Source: an uncultured Candidatus Saccharibacteria bacterium
Lineage (GTDB): Bacteria; Patescibacteriota; Minisyncoccia; Phycocordibacterales; JACOZG01
DNA length: 64,000 nt
Reading direction: 5' to 3'
NCBI GenBank assembly: GCA_965230925.1
Contig: OZ246403.1
Coordinates: 3,367 to 67,366, forward strand
Position 1 is the stretch's first letter. Each line of letters begins with the position of its first letter. Made by a program: the position numbers and the translations under genes. Positions 24,372-34,159 of the stretch are shown here, in pieces. The notes under the pieces were generated by a model. The model did not search any database. It was not told the origin of the DNA and worked only from the letters and a program-made list of their open reading frames with translations.

Positions 24372-25354
24372 AAATCGTTATCGCTACTGGTATCTACCCG
24401 CCAGAAATTGGTGGTCCAGCGCAATATGCGTTTAACCTCGAGCAAGAATTTCGACGACTTGGTCATGAGGTTTTTGTTATAAAATTTGCCGATGTGAGAC
24501 ATCTTCCTACGTTTATTCGTCATTTGGTGTATTTCAAGAAGGTTTTTGTTGCTTTGCGAAAAGCCGACTGGTGCCTCACGCTCGATACTTTTAGTGTGGC
24601 CTTGCCAGCGGTGACTGCGGGTAAATTATTGCGAAAAAAAGTAATTATTCGCACCGGGGGAGATTTCTTGTGGGAAAATTATGTTGAGCGGACGGGAGAC
24701 TTGGCTTTATTGCGTAATTTTTATCAAACAACAAGAAAACGTTGGAACCGCAAAGAAAAAATAGTTTTTAGTGTAACCAAGTTTGTTTTACAAAAAGCTT
24801 CTCTGGTTGTTTTCAGTACAGATTGGCAAAGACAGATCTGGCGCGAACCTTATCAGCTTAATCTCGAGAAAACGGTGATTGTGGAGAATTTTTATGGACC
24901 CAAATCTTCAGAAACCGTTGTTTTAGGAAAAAGTTTTTTGGTGGCCGGACGTAATTTGAAGTTAAAAAACCTAGAAATTATTAAAAATCTGAAGTTTGGT
25001 TTTGAAATTGGTCAGTGGTCGCCGGAACAACTGGACGAAAAAATTAAAAACTGTTATGCCTTGGTCGTGCCGTCAATCTCGGATATTAGTCCTAATATTG
25101 TGTTGCGGGCTATTATTTATAATAAACCTTTTATTTTAACTAAAGAGAACGGTGTTCTAGATCGATTAGGTGAAATTGGGGTTTATGTTGACCCGCTTAA
25201 CCCAGAGGATGTCAGAGAAAAACTAGAATGGTTGAGTGAGAAGACTAATTATGAGAGCCAAGTTCAGAAAATTAAAAATTTCACCCTCCAACATTCTTGG
25301 TCGAATATGGCTCAAGAATTTTTAACTCTTGCAGAAAAATATGAAAATTCTTAG
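24368..25354 (+). CDS. Glycosyltransferase (GT4-like)
   Basis: N-terminal motif IATGIYPPEIGGPAQYAFNL is typical of GT4 N-terminal domains. The C-terminal domain is more weakly conserved. Confidence 0.5.
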   Translation: MKIVIATGIYPPEIGGPAQYAFNLEQEFRRLGHEVFVIKFADVRHLPTFIRHLVYFKKVFVALRKADWCLTLDTFSVALPAVTAGKLLRKKVIIRTGGDFLWENYVERTGDLALLRNFYQTTRKRWNRKEKIVFSVTKFVLQKASLVVFSTDWQRQIWREPYQLNLEKTVIVENFYGPKSSETVVLGKSFLVAGRNLKLKNLEIIKNLKFGFEIGQWSPEQLDEKIKNCYALVVPSISDISPNIVLRAIIYNKPFILTKENGVLDRLGEIGVYVDPLNPEDVREKLEWLSEKTNYESQVQKIKNFTLQHSWSNMAQEFLTLAEKYENS

Positions 25355-26294
25355 TGTTGGTTCCGATCGTAATTTGTTCAAACCTGGGAGTGCCGTTCGC
25401 GAGCGGGTGAGTGGTTACGCGGAAGCAACTGATGGGTACTTGGTTCTTGTTCCAGGACCAGGGAATTTTTCCCCGACGCAAATTAGTTCTAAATTAAGAG
25501 TAGTTTCTCTGGGTAGAGTCGCCGCACTTTTTTGGAATCCGAGAGAACACTTTGATCTCGTGACGGCACAAGACCCGTTCGAAAATGGCTTAAATGCTTG
25601 GTTTTTGGCTAAAAGGTTAAAAGCTCAACTCGAGTTGCAAATTCACACCGATCTTTTCAGTCCCTATTTCACTAAGTTTTCTTTTTTGAACAAAATCAGG
25701 GTTATTTTGGCGAGATTTTTATTGCCTAGAGCAAATCAAATTCGCGTGGTGTCTGAGCGAATTAAAACCAGCCTCATCGAAAAATTAAAAACTGACCCAA
25801 ATAAAATTACTGTTAGACCAATTTTTGTTGATACAGAAAAAATCAAAAACGCACCCATCAAAACAGATTTGCATAAAAAGTATCCCCAGTTTGATAAAAT
25901 TATTCTCATGGCGTCGCGACTGACGAAAGAGAAAAATATCGACCTGGCTATTGAAGCGATGCCAGCAGTTTTGGAAAAACTGCCACATATTGGTTTAATT
26001 ATTGTCGGTTCTGGCCCAGAAGAGAAAAGACTAAAAGCTAAAAGCCAGAGGCTAAAAGCCAATATTATTTTCGAACCTTGGTCAGAAGATTTGCCTTCGT
26101 ATTACAAGACCACAGACCTTTTTCTCAGCACGTCTTGGTATGAGGGTTATGGTATGACTTTAGTGGAAGCACAAGCCGCTGGTTGCCCGGTGGTTTCTAC
26201 TGACGTTGGTGTTGCAAAGGAGATTGGAGTAAAGATTATTCCTGGGACAGACCCGATTTTGGCGGCAAAAATAATTACCGAAACCCTTCCATGA
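25341..26294 (+). CDS. GT4 family glycosyltransferase (alternative start at 25329)
   Basis: ILMASRLTKEKNIDLAIEAM...LIIVGSGPEE...FLSTSWYEGYGMTLVEAQAAGCPVVSTDVG. Confidence 0.65.
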   Translation: MKILSVGSDRNLFKPGSAVRERVSGYAEATDGYLVLVPGPGNFSPTQISSKLRVVSLGRVAALFWNPREHFDLVTAQDPFENGLNAWFLAKRLKAQLELQIHTDLFSPYFTKFSFLNKIRVILARFLLPRANQIRVVSERIKTSLIEKLKTDPNKITVRPIFVDTEKIKNAPIKTDLHKKYPQFDKIILMASRLTKEKNIDLAIEAMPAVLEKLPHIGLIIVGSGPEEKRLKAKSQRLKANIIFEPWSEDLPSYYKTTDLFLSTSWYEGYGMTLVEAQAAGCPVVSTDVGVAKEIGVKIIPGTDPILAAKIITETLP

Positions 26295-27334
26295 AATTGT
26301 TAATTATTACCCAGAAAGTTGATCGTAATGATCCTGTTTTGGGTTTTTTCCATCGTTGGATAGAAGAGTTTTCTAAACACTGTGAGAGTGTTGTTGTAAT
26401 TTGTTTAGAAAGAGGTGAGTTTGATTTGCCTAAAAACGTGAAAGTTCTTTCTCTCGGTAAAGAAGAGGGGAAGTCTCGTCTCAAATATCTTTGGCGATTT
26501 TATAAATATCTTTGGCTCGAGCACAAAAATTACGACAAGGTCTTTGTGCACATGAATCCCGTCTATGTGGTGCTGGCTGGTTGGTGGTGGAGATTGTTGA
26601 AGAAAAAAATTGTGTTGTGGTATACCCACAAACAAATTGGTTTGAAATTGTGGGCGGCGATTTTCTTTGTAAACAAGATTGCCACCGCTTCCGAGGAGGG
26701 TTTTGCCATCGCAACACCTAAACGTCGAATTTTGGGGCACGGTGTTGATGTTCAGCAGTTTTCTGTCCCCAAAGAAAAACAACCAGAGATAGGGATATTT
26801 CATATTGGTAGAATAACTAAAATAAAAAATTGCGAGACTCTTATTATGGCAGCCTCTCTTCTCCTGAAGGATTTTTTTTCATTTCATGTAACTTTTGTTG
26901 GGGTGCCGATCACTGCGGATGATGTGGCATATCAGGAAAAGTTACGCGGCCTTATTTGTTCCCGAGGACTCAGGAACCATATTTTTTTTATGGGTGGTGT
27001 TACGTATCGTCAACTACCGCAGATTTTTGCTAAGGCAACGATTACAGTAAACATGGCCCCGACGGGGGGGTTGGATAAGGCGGTTTTAGAATCAATGGCA
27101 GCTGCTGTTCCCGTATTTTCTTCTAATGCTGCTTTTACTCCGTATTTTAGTAAGTTTAGTTCAGTGCTTTCTTTTCGTTTTGGTGACTATAAACAATTAG
27201 CCGAAAAAATTCGTTTATTGCTTACAGAGGGAAATCTCGAAGATCTCGGTTTTTATTTGAGAGAGCGGGTAGTAACAACCAGTGATATAGGAGCTCTTGT
27301 GCGGAAAATTATTTCTTTGTATAAACATGACTAA
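26291..27334 (+). CDS. GT4 family glycosyltransferase
   Basis: IGRITKIKNCETLI...FFMGGV...NMAPTGGLDKAVLESMAAAVPVFSSN. Confidence 0.6.
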   Translation: MKLLIITQKVDRNDPVLGFFHRWIEEFSKHCESVVVICLERGEFDLPKNVKVLSLGKEEGKSRLKYLWRFYKYLWLEHKNYDKVFVHMNPVYVVLAGWWWRLLKKKIVLWYTHKQIGLKLWAAIFFVNKIATASEEGFAIATPKRRILGHGVDVQQFSVPKEKQPEIGIFHIGRITKIKNCETLIMAASLLLKDFFSFHVTFVGVPITADDVAYQEKLRGLICSRGLRNHIFFMGGVTYRQLPQIFAKATITVNMAPTGGLDKAVLESMAAAVPVFSSNAAFTPYFSKFSSVLSFRFGDYKQLAEKIRLLLTEGNLEDLGFYLRERVVTTSDIGALVRKIISLYKHD

Positions 27335-28358
27335 TGTTTTTTTATTTAAAAGTAAGCCAGAGGTAAGACACCTCAAGTTTCTGAGCGAACATTTTGGGGA
27401 AAACAAAACCAACAAATTGTTCGAGGGTACTATTGATGTTTCTTTTTTTAACTTTGTTTCCGAAGACCAGGCTGATTTTATTCTTCTTCCCCACAATTTT
27501 TTTGACGTTAAAGAGGATCAGCGGTACCTAAAGGGATTGGTTGAGTGTTCCGGACGTTTGAACAAGAAAATTCTCGTCTTTGCTTATGGGGATTCTCACG
27601 AGATTATTTCTCTACCGAACACAATTATTTTTAGAACTTCTCAATATCGAACAGCTCTTCAGAAAAACGAAATTATTGTTCCGCCGCTTATCTATGATTT
27701 AGGACAAGATCTTTTGTTTCGGTCCAAAAAAAAGAGCGATGTCCCTACTGTTGGTTTTGTGGGTTGGGCCGACTTTATAAATTTTTTTCAACGAATCAAA
27801 TATTATCTAAAAATTTCTTTAAACAGCCTTCAATCACTTTTGGTTCCTAGACGGCGAGCATACAAACAGGGCATTTTTTTTAGAAGGAAGGCCATTGATG
27901 TTTTTAAGAAAAGCAAAACAGTGAAAACTAACTTTATTTTAAGAACATCCTATTCTGCGCACAAAAAAACGATTAGTATTTCTCCTGAACGGGCACGAAG
28001 AGAGTATGTTGAAAACATTTTAGGATCGGACGTCACTTTGTCCCCCAAGGGAGATGGCAATTACTCAGCCAGGTTTTTTGAGGTTTTATCACTAGGAAGA
28101 ATTCCGTTATTGGTAGATACGGAAACCGTGCTGCCTCTTGAAAACAGTATTAATTACGCTGATTTTATTATCCGGGTTGATTATCGGGCGCTTAATACTA
28201 TAGACCAAGCAGTTTATGATTGGTATGCTGATATGAGCAATGAAGTGTTTACCGCGAAGCAGAAATTGGCACAAGATGTTTACCAAAAGTATTTATCCCC
28301 CAACAATTTTATGAAGTATGTTTTTTCTCATCATCCCTTATGCGTGAAAAACAAGTAG
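27327..28358 (+). CDS. Exostosin-like (GT47 family) glycosyltransferase domain protein (track ORF starts at 27297)
   Basis: LSPKGDGNYSARFFEVLSLGRIPLLVDTETVLPLENSINYADFIIRVDYRAL matches the exostosin C-terminal signature (P.G.G....R..E.L..G.IPV...D...LP....I.....F...V). Confidence 0.5.
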   Translation: MTNVFLFKSKPEVRHLKFLSEHFGENKTNKLFEGTIDVSFFNFVSEDQADFILLPHNFFDVKEDQRYLKGLVECSGRLNKKILVFAYGDSHEIISLPNTIIFRTSQYRTALQKNEIIVPPLIYDLGQDLLFRSKKKSDVPTVGFVGWADFINFFQRIKYYLKISLNSLQSLLVPRRRAYKQGIFFRRKAIDVFKKSKTVKTNFILRTSYSAHKKTISISPERARREYVENILGSDVTLSPKGDGNYSARFFEVLSLGRIPLLVDTETVLPLENSINYADFIIRVDYRALNTIDQAVYDWYADMSNEVFTAKQKLAQDVYQKYLSPNNFMKYVFSHHPLCVKNK

Positions 28359-28963
28359 ACAGGGTGGCGTATCGATCAGATCACTATCTTCATCCTGACC
28401 GGTGGGCTAGTTATTATTTTCAAATTAAAGAGTTGTTAGACCTTAAACCAAAAAGTGTTTTAGAAATTGGAGTTGGTGATAAGGTTTTTGGTTCATATTT
28501 AAAAAACAATACTGATATATACTATAAAACGCTTGATATTGCAGCAGATTTAGAGCCGGATTTTTTAGGAAGCGTTGACCATATTCCACTTACGGATTTT
28601 TCTTATGAAGTGGTTTGCGCTTTTGAAGTTCTCGAACACCTTCCCTTTTCTCAATTTACCGTTTGTTTGGAAGAACTGAAAAGAGTTTCTCAAAAGTATG
28701 TTCTCCTCAGCCTTCCTCATTTTGGGCCGGCGGTGAAGTTTAAGATAAAGATCCCCCTGCTTTCGGAGAAGAGTTTTTCATTCAAGCTTCCCTTTCCGCG
28801 GAAGCATGAATTCAATGGGCAACATTATTGGGAAATCGGGACTCGTGGTTGTTCCCGGAAAACAGTCAGAAATCATATTGCTGTACACTTTCGAATCATT
28901 AAAGAGTTTGTTCCTTTTGACAATCAGTACCACCGGTTTTATGTTTTAGAAAAAAATGTATAA
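28340..28963 (+). CDS. Class I SAM-dependent methyltransferase
   Basis: Motif I VLEIGVGDKVFGSYL. Post-I acidic residue. VVCAFEVLEHLP. Confidence 0.6.
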   Translation: MREKQVDRVAYRSDHYLHPDRWASYYFQIKELLDLKPKSVLEIGVGDKVFGSYLKNNTDIYYKTLDIAADLEPDFLGSVDHIPLTDFSYEVVCAFEVLEHLPFSQFTVCLEELKRVSQKYVLLSLPHFGPAVKFKIKIPLLSEKSFSFKLPFPRKHEFNGQHYWEIGTRGCSRKTVRNHIAVHFRIIKEFVPFDNQYHRFYVLEKNV

Positions 28964-30101
28964 AAAATTAGTCTACATATCACACTGGAGATTTCCATCT
29001 GAAAAAACGATGTCCCCATTAATAATGAGAACGTGCCAGGAGTTTTCAGACCAGGGGTTTGAGGTAGAGCTGTGGACACCAAAGCGATCAAACAAAAAGC
29101 TCATCAAGTCTGATGCTTTTATTTACCACGAAACAAAAAAAAATTTCAAAATTGTAACCTTACCGGCCATTGATCTCATGGAGTCAATTGGTGGCAAGAT
29201 AAGCTTTTTCATTTTACTTACAACTTTTAATTTATCCGTTTTTTTTAAATCTTTATTTAATCGGAAACGCGTTTTCTATTCTCATGATCTTCGGGACGTT
29301 CTACTTCTGAGCCTACTTAAGATGGTTTTTTTTGTGGAAATACACGATTTTTATGAGAGTAAGATTAATTTTATGAATAAATTAGTTCTTAAGCGGGCAA
29401 CCGGAATAATTTCCACGAATTCTTTAAAAGCCAACAAGATCATTAAAAAGTATGATATTTCGCCTGATAATATTTTAAGACAGCCAAACGCTGTTGATGT
29501 AAAATTATTTGATCTAAACATCAGCAAGTTTGATGCAAGGAAAAGGTTGGGTTTACCAGAAAATGTTAATATCATCCTTTATACTGGTAGCTTGTTTTAC
29601 TGGAAGGGCGTGGACACTCTTTTGAGCAGTGCTAATTATTTGTCCACGAACACGCACATATATTTTGTTGGCGGGACAGATGATGATATTGAAAAATTTA
29701 AAACTGAAGCACAAAAGTTTAATAATGTTATAGTTGTTGGACGCAAGCCACATAAAGAGATTCCCTTGTGGCAAAAAGCCGCTGATGTGTTAGTTTTACC
29801 GAACACAGCTAGGTTTGAAGAGTCAAGAGTGGAGACTTCCCCAGTTAAACTTTTTGAATATTTGGCCTCGTCTAGACCCGTGATAGTTTCTGATATACCC
29901 TCAGTGAGAGATATTGTGTCGGATAAGGAGGTGGTTTTTTTTGCTCCAGATGATCCCGTTGATTTGGCTAAAAAAATTAACGAAATATTGGAGAAAGGGT
30001 ATTTTGAACAAAAAACGATTCAAGCTAAAAAGCTGGCTAACAAAAACAGTTGGGAGTCAAGAGTTGGTTTAATTTGTCAAATGATCAGGAAGATGTCCTA
30101 G
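28956..30101 (+). CDS. GT4 family glycosyltransferase
   Basis: ILYTGSLFYWKGVDTLL...YFVGGTDDD...VLVLPNTARFEESRVETSPVKLFEYLASSRPVIVSD. Confidence 0.65.
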   Translation: MYKKLVYISHWRFPSEKTMSPLIMRTCQEFSDQGFEVELWTPKRSNKKLIKSDAFIYHETKKNFKIVTLPAIDLMESIGGKISFFILLTTFNLSVFFKSLFNRKRVFYSHDLRDVLLLSLLKMVFFVEIHDFYESKINFMNKLVLKRATGIISTNSLKANKIIKKYDISPDNILRQPNAVDVKLFDLNISKFDARKRLGLPENVNIILYTGSLFYWKGVDTLLSSANYLSTNTHIYFVGGTDDDIEKFKTEAQKFNNVIVVGRKPHKEIPLWQKAADVLVLPNTARFEESRVETSPVKLFEYLASSRPVIVSDIPSVRDIVSDKEVVFFAPDDPVDLAKKINEILEKGYFEQKTIQAKKLANKNSWESRVGLICQMIRKMS

Positions 30102-30115
30102 AGAAAAAACACACT

Positions 30116-31468
30116 ATGATAATAAGAAAAATAGGAAAGGGCTTGGTTTGGAATACTGTTAGCAATATTATAGGAAAAGCCATCGTTTTTATTAATGTTT
30201 TTATAATTCTAAATTATTTATCGGTTTACCAATATGGTGTGTCCGAACTGGTTTTTTCGGTTGTCACTGTCATGAGCCTCGCATTTTTTCCAGGGCTGAC
30301 TTCAGCTGTGACCTCTGATTTGGGTGTGGAACGATCGAGGAACAACCTTGGTGTTGTGAAGAATATTTTTGTTCAACACTCGTTGTTTGTCGGTGTGGTC
30401 GGAGTTTTATTGTGGGCCATTTTATTTTTTTTATCTCCCCTTGTTTCTTGGTTGGTTGGCAATGATTCGATAGGTTATTTTTTGAAAATCGCGTCTTTTT
30501 TGTTTTTAACATCACCAATTAGAACAGCAACCCTCATGCTTACAAGCGTGGAGATGCAGCTTATTAAACAGTCGGTATTTTCGATTATTGAAGAAACCTC
30601 AAAACTTTTGCTAATTTTGTTTCTGGTTGTTTTTTTAGATTTAAGAATTGATGGAATACTATACGCGGCTGTTTTTTCTCAGGTTTTTGCGATAGCTGTA
30701 TTTTTTCCTGTAACCGTTAAAAATTATAGTATTTTTAGTCACACCGCTACAGAACAAGACAGACGTTTTTGGGGTTTATTGCAAGGGCATCGTAAGTGGA
30801 GTGTCTTCGGTTCTTATGTGGGGTCTCTTGTTCAGGTAATCCAGATTTGGTCTATACGCTTAATTTTAGGTACTGAGGCCGTTGGTTTGTTTGCTTTCGC
30901 TTCCGGCGTGTATAGTCACGCCACATCTTTTATGGTTTTTTCTTCCGTTCTTACTTCCGTGTTTCCATATTATGTTTCAAAAACTGAAAAATTTATTCAA
31001 TTGGTACGCGCGGCAATCAAGGCTCAAGGAGTGCTCTCACTCTTTGTCATGGTTTTATCCATGGCCTTGATTCCAGTATTAGTTTTGATTTTTCCGAAAT
31101 ACAAAGAGGCAGAAATGTTAACCATCGGTCTGTTGCTTGGTCTTATCCCAAACGCCGTCTCTATGGTTCTTACCCCAATATTTTCAACACTAAAGCTGCA
31201 GTTTCAATTGTTCAAGTCAACCCTCATTAAGGTTGTTTTAAGTTTTTTTATAATTCCAGTAAGCCTTTATTTTTACGGGGCCATGGGTATTGCAACGTCT
31301 TTTGTTTTGGTGACCACTTTTTCTTGTTTTGAGAGATACTTTAGACTGAAAAATAGTTTACCGGGTTTTTTGTTTTCTGGTTTAGATTTTTTTAAGATTG
31401 ATAATACCGAACGCCAGCAAATGGGTATTCTTTATCGCGCAGCAATTCGTCGCATAGCCAAACTCTAA
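30116..31468 (+). CDS. Polysaccharide biosynthesis protein / Wzx-type (MOP superfamily) oligosaccharide flippase, about 12 TM (track ORF starts at 30050)
   Basis: Hydrophobic throughout. N-terminus IIRKIGKGLVWNTVSNIIGKAI is typical of Wzx/RfbX. Confidence 0.6.
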   Translation: MIIRKIGKGLVWNTVSNIIGKAIVFINVFIILNYLSVYQYGVSELVFSVVTVMSLAFFPGLTSAVTSDLGVERSRNNLGVVKNIFVQHSLFVGVVGVLLWAILFFLSPLVSWLVGNDSIGYFLKIASFLFLTSPIRTATLMLTSVEMQLIKQSVFSIIEETSKLLLILFLVVFLDLRIDGILYAAVFSQVFAIAVFFPVTVKNYSIFSHTATEQDRRFWGLLQGHRKWSVFGSYVGSLVQVIQIWSIRLILGTEAVGLFAFASGVYSHATSFMVFSSVLTSVFPYYVSKTEKFIQLVRAAIKAQGVLSLFVMVLSMALIPVLVLIFPKYKEAEMLTIGLLLGLIPNAVSMVLTPIFSTLKLQFQLFKSTLIKVVLSFFIIPVSLYFYGAMGIATSFVLVTTFSCFERYFRLKNSLPGFLFSGLDFFKIDNTERQQMGILYRAAIRRIAKL

Positions 31469-31501
31469 TTTTTTTGTTATGATACGCAGGTTCAAATAAT
31501 C

Positions 31502-32458
31502 ATGAAAAATTTTGTAAAAAAAATAGTAATTCGTTTGTTTTTTAGACCATTTTTTAAGATGAGAGCATCCTCGTTTGTTTATAATTACTTGAACAAAGAG
31601 GCTGTCGGTAATTATTTTAAACACAAACAGGAACTTAACAACACTGAGCGTCGTGTTGTAAACGATCTTTTACGGGACGGTATCGCGGTATCATCTTTAA
31701 AAGAGTTGTTTCCAGATAAAGAGTTGTTTTCCGTCCTGAGATCTTACGCTGACAGAATTCGGCCGCAGGGAAAAAAGAGAGAGGGAAAACCTTTTTTGGT
31801 TGCTTTGTGGGACGACAATGTTTCCCTTTCTTGGGAAAATCCTTTTACCCCGCTTTCGTTGTCCCAGGCTGTTTTAAACGTTGTGAGTGCTTATTTTTCT
31901 TTGTCAGCAAAGTTTTTTTATTATTATCTCGACGTAACATTACCAGTTGGCCAAAAGGCGACCCCTTTGAGGTCACAGAACTGGCATCGTGATCCTGAAG
32001 ACAGAAGAATGTGTAAAATGTTTGTTTATTTAAACGATGTAGATGAAAATTCCGGGCCATTTATCTATATTAAGGGATCACAGATGGGGGGGAGATATGG
32101 CAATTTTTTCCCCCAAAATCCCCCAAAGGGATCTTATCCAACCGAAGAACAGGTTTCGGTCGCTATACCGCAGAACGAAAAATTTGTTGGAACCGGAAGA
32201 GCAGGAACAGTAATTTTTGCTGACACCGCTGGACTACACCGAGGTGGTTATGCGATTTCTGGTGAAAGGTGGATGTTTACTGCTGATTATTCTTCACCTG
32301 CAGCACTTAGAAACCCGCTAAACGTGCTTCCTTCCGACTCTTTTGTTCCAGAAGAGCTCAGTCGTGACGGGCATTATGCTTTGATTCATAGTAAGAAATT
32401 TTTAGCTCGCGTAATAAACAAAATCGAGAACTTTTCTTTGAAGTATGGCCTTTATTAA
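31502..32458 (+). CDS. PhyH-like Fe(II)/2-oxoglutarate-dependent dioxygenase family protein (tentative)
   Basis: NWHRDPED...VYLNDVDENSGPFIYIKGSQ and AGTVIFADTAGLHRGG resemble the HxD...H facial triad region of phytanoyl-CoA dioxygenase-like enzymes. Confidence 0.35.
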   Translation: MKNFVKKIVIRLFFRPFFKMRASSFVYNYLNKEAVGNYFKHKQELNNTERRVVNDLLRDGIAVSSLKELFPDKELFSVLRSYADRIRPQGKKREGKPFLVALWDDNVSLSWENPFTPLSLSQAVLNVVSAYFSLSAKFFYYYLDVTLPVGQKATPLRSQNWHRDPEDRRMCKMFVYLNDVDENSGPFIYIKGSQMGGRYGNFFPQNPPKGSYPTEEQVSVAIPQNEKFVGTGRAGTVIFADTAGLHRGGYAISGERWMFTADYSSPAALRNPLNVLPSDSFVPEELSRDGHYALIHSKKFLARVINKIENFSLKYGLY

Positions 32459-33320
32459 AAGTCTCGGAGTTTTGATTGAGTGTTCTTTGTTGATTTTTTC
32501 AAAGAAACATCTCTCTTTGAAAAGAAAGTTTTCTTTGTTGCTTTGTTATTTCTCTATTGTCATAAAAAGAAAACTTAGAAGAAGATTCGGTGCTTTTTTT
32601 AATTATTCCAAACAAAGAATACTGGGATTTGACGTGTTGCTAGATAATTTTAGGGAAGATTTTTATTGGATTTTTAAAGAAATTTTTATCGAGGAAAATT
32701 ATTATTTTAAGTCCGACAGAGAAGACCCTTTTATAATTGATTGCGGGGGAAATATTGGTATCAGTGTTCTTTATTTTAAAACGATCTACCCCAAATCAAA
32801 GATTATTACTTTTGAGCCAAACCCCAGTAATCTTAAGTTGCTTAATGAAAACTTGAAAAAAAACGCAATTGTTGGTGTTAAGGTTTATGATCTTGCCCTG
32901 GGCGCACGTGACGGATCGGTAGATTTTTTCACACATGGCCCTGGAACTACCATGTACGAAGAGTTTTCAATAAAACAAAAAAAGGTTAATCTGGACGAGG
33001 CTGGTTTGAAGGTAAAGGCAAAGATTGTGCGGCTGTCCCCTTATGTGTCTCAAAGGGTTGATTATTTGAAGTTGGACGTGGAGGGGGCTGAGAGCGATAT
33101 TTTGTGTGAATTGAAAGACTCGGGGTCCCTTTCTAAGGTTGATAGAATTGGTATGGAGTATCACCAGTTTTCTTCGAGCACCAACAAGTTGTCAGTTGTT
33201 GCCAACGTGTTGGAAGAAGGAAACTTTTTCTTTTTTTGTGCAAGCGGTGCCCGTAACCTTTCCGAGCCAGTAAAAAGTAATTACAAAACTTTTATGATTT
33301 TTGCTTCTAGAAACAGATGA
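32445..33320 (+). CDS. FkbM family methyltransferase (Methyltransf_21), paralog 1
   Basis: IIDCGGNIGISVLYF...ITFEPNP.N...YLKLDVEGAESDIL. Confidence 0.6.
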   Translation: MAFIKSLGVLIECSLLIFSKKHLSLKRKFSLLLCYFSIVIKRKLRRRFGAFFNYSKQRILGFDVLLDNFREDFYWIFKEIFIEENYYFKSDREDPFIIDCGGNIGISVLYFKTIYPKSKIITFEPNPSNLKLLNENLKKNAIVGVKVYDLALGARDGSVDFFTHGPGTTMYEEFSIKQKKVNLDEAGLKVKAKIVRLSPYVSQRVDYLKLDVEGAESDILCELKDSGSLSKVDRIGMEYHQFSSSTNKLSVVANVLEEGNFFFFCASGARNLSEPVKSNYKTFMIFASRNR

Positions 33321-34159
33321 CCTCCCCTTTTTTAATTTTAAGTCAGTTTTTCACCGTAATCAAGAAAAGACACCTGTCGATTCCTAAACGTTTTTCTTTG
33401 CTTAGCTTGTATTTGAAGATTTTGATTGAGAGATTTATTAGGGGGAGGGTTCCGGGGTTCTTTTCAGAAAGTTCCACCAACTTTTTGTTTTCAAGGATTA
33501 ATTTTTGCCGGTTTGATGATTTTTTTTGGACTTTTATTTCTGTTTTTATTGACGAGGAGTATTATTTTAAAACGAACAAAAAATCCCCACAAATCATAGA
33601 TTGTGGAGGTAATATAGGTCTCGTGGTTCTTTATTTTAAGTGGATTTACCCCCTTTCTCGTGTGACCGTGTTTGAGCCAATAGAAGAAAATACAAAATGT
33701 TTAGAAAAAAACACCAGCTCTCTTTCTGGTGTCAGGCTAATTAATGCTGCTGTTTCTGGTAATGATGGGTACGTTGATATTTATGGTGTTGGGAGGGCGG
33801 CAACAATTGACCCAAACTTTATAAAACTAAAAGGACAGATAAAACAAAACGACAGAACAAAGAGGGTCAGTGTAGTAACGGAAAAGTTGTCAAAATATAT
33901 TGACAGCGAGGTTGATTACTTGAAAATTGACATTGAGGGTGCGGAGGGTGAGGTGATTGAAGAGCTGGCCGCCAGTGACAAGTTAAAAATGGTTGATCGT
34001 GTTGGTATGGAATACCATCATTATTCTTTGTCAGAAAATCGTCTTTCAGAAATAATAAAACATCTTGAGCTGGCCGATTTTAATGTTTCCTTTTCAGGGA
34101 ACGGCTCACTGCCAAGCTGGAGGTATTATAATTTCATGTTATATGCCAAGAGAAATTAA
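33317..34159 (+). CDS. FkbM family methyltransferase (Methyltransf_21), paralog 2 (tandem duplicate)
   Basis: IIDCGGNIGLVVLYF...VFEPIEEN...YLKIDIEGAEGEVI. Collinear with the previous gene. Confidence 0.6.
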   Translation: MTSPFLILSQFFTVIKKRHLSIPKRFSLLSLYLKILIERFIRGRVPGFFSESSTNFLFSRINFCRFDDFFWTFISVFIDEEYYFKTNKKSPQIIDCGGNIGLVVLYFKWIYPLSRVTVFEPIEENTKCLEKNTSSLSGVRLINAAVSGNDGYVDIYGVGRAATIDPNFIKLKGQIKQNDRTKRVSVVTEKLSKYIDSEVDYLKIDIEGAEGEVIEELAASDKLKMVDRVGMEYHHYSLSENRLSEIIKHLELADFNVSFSGNGSLPSWRYYNFMLYAKRN

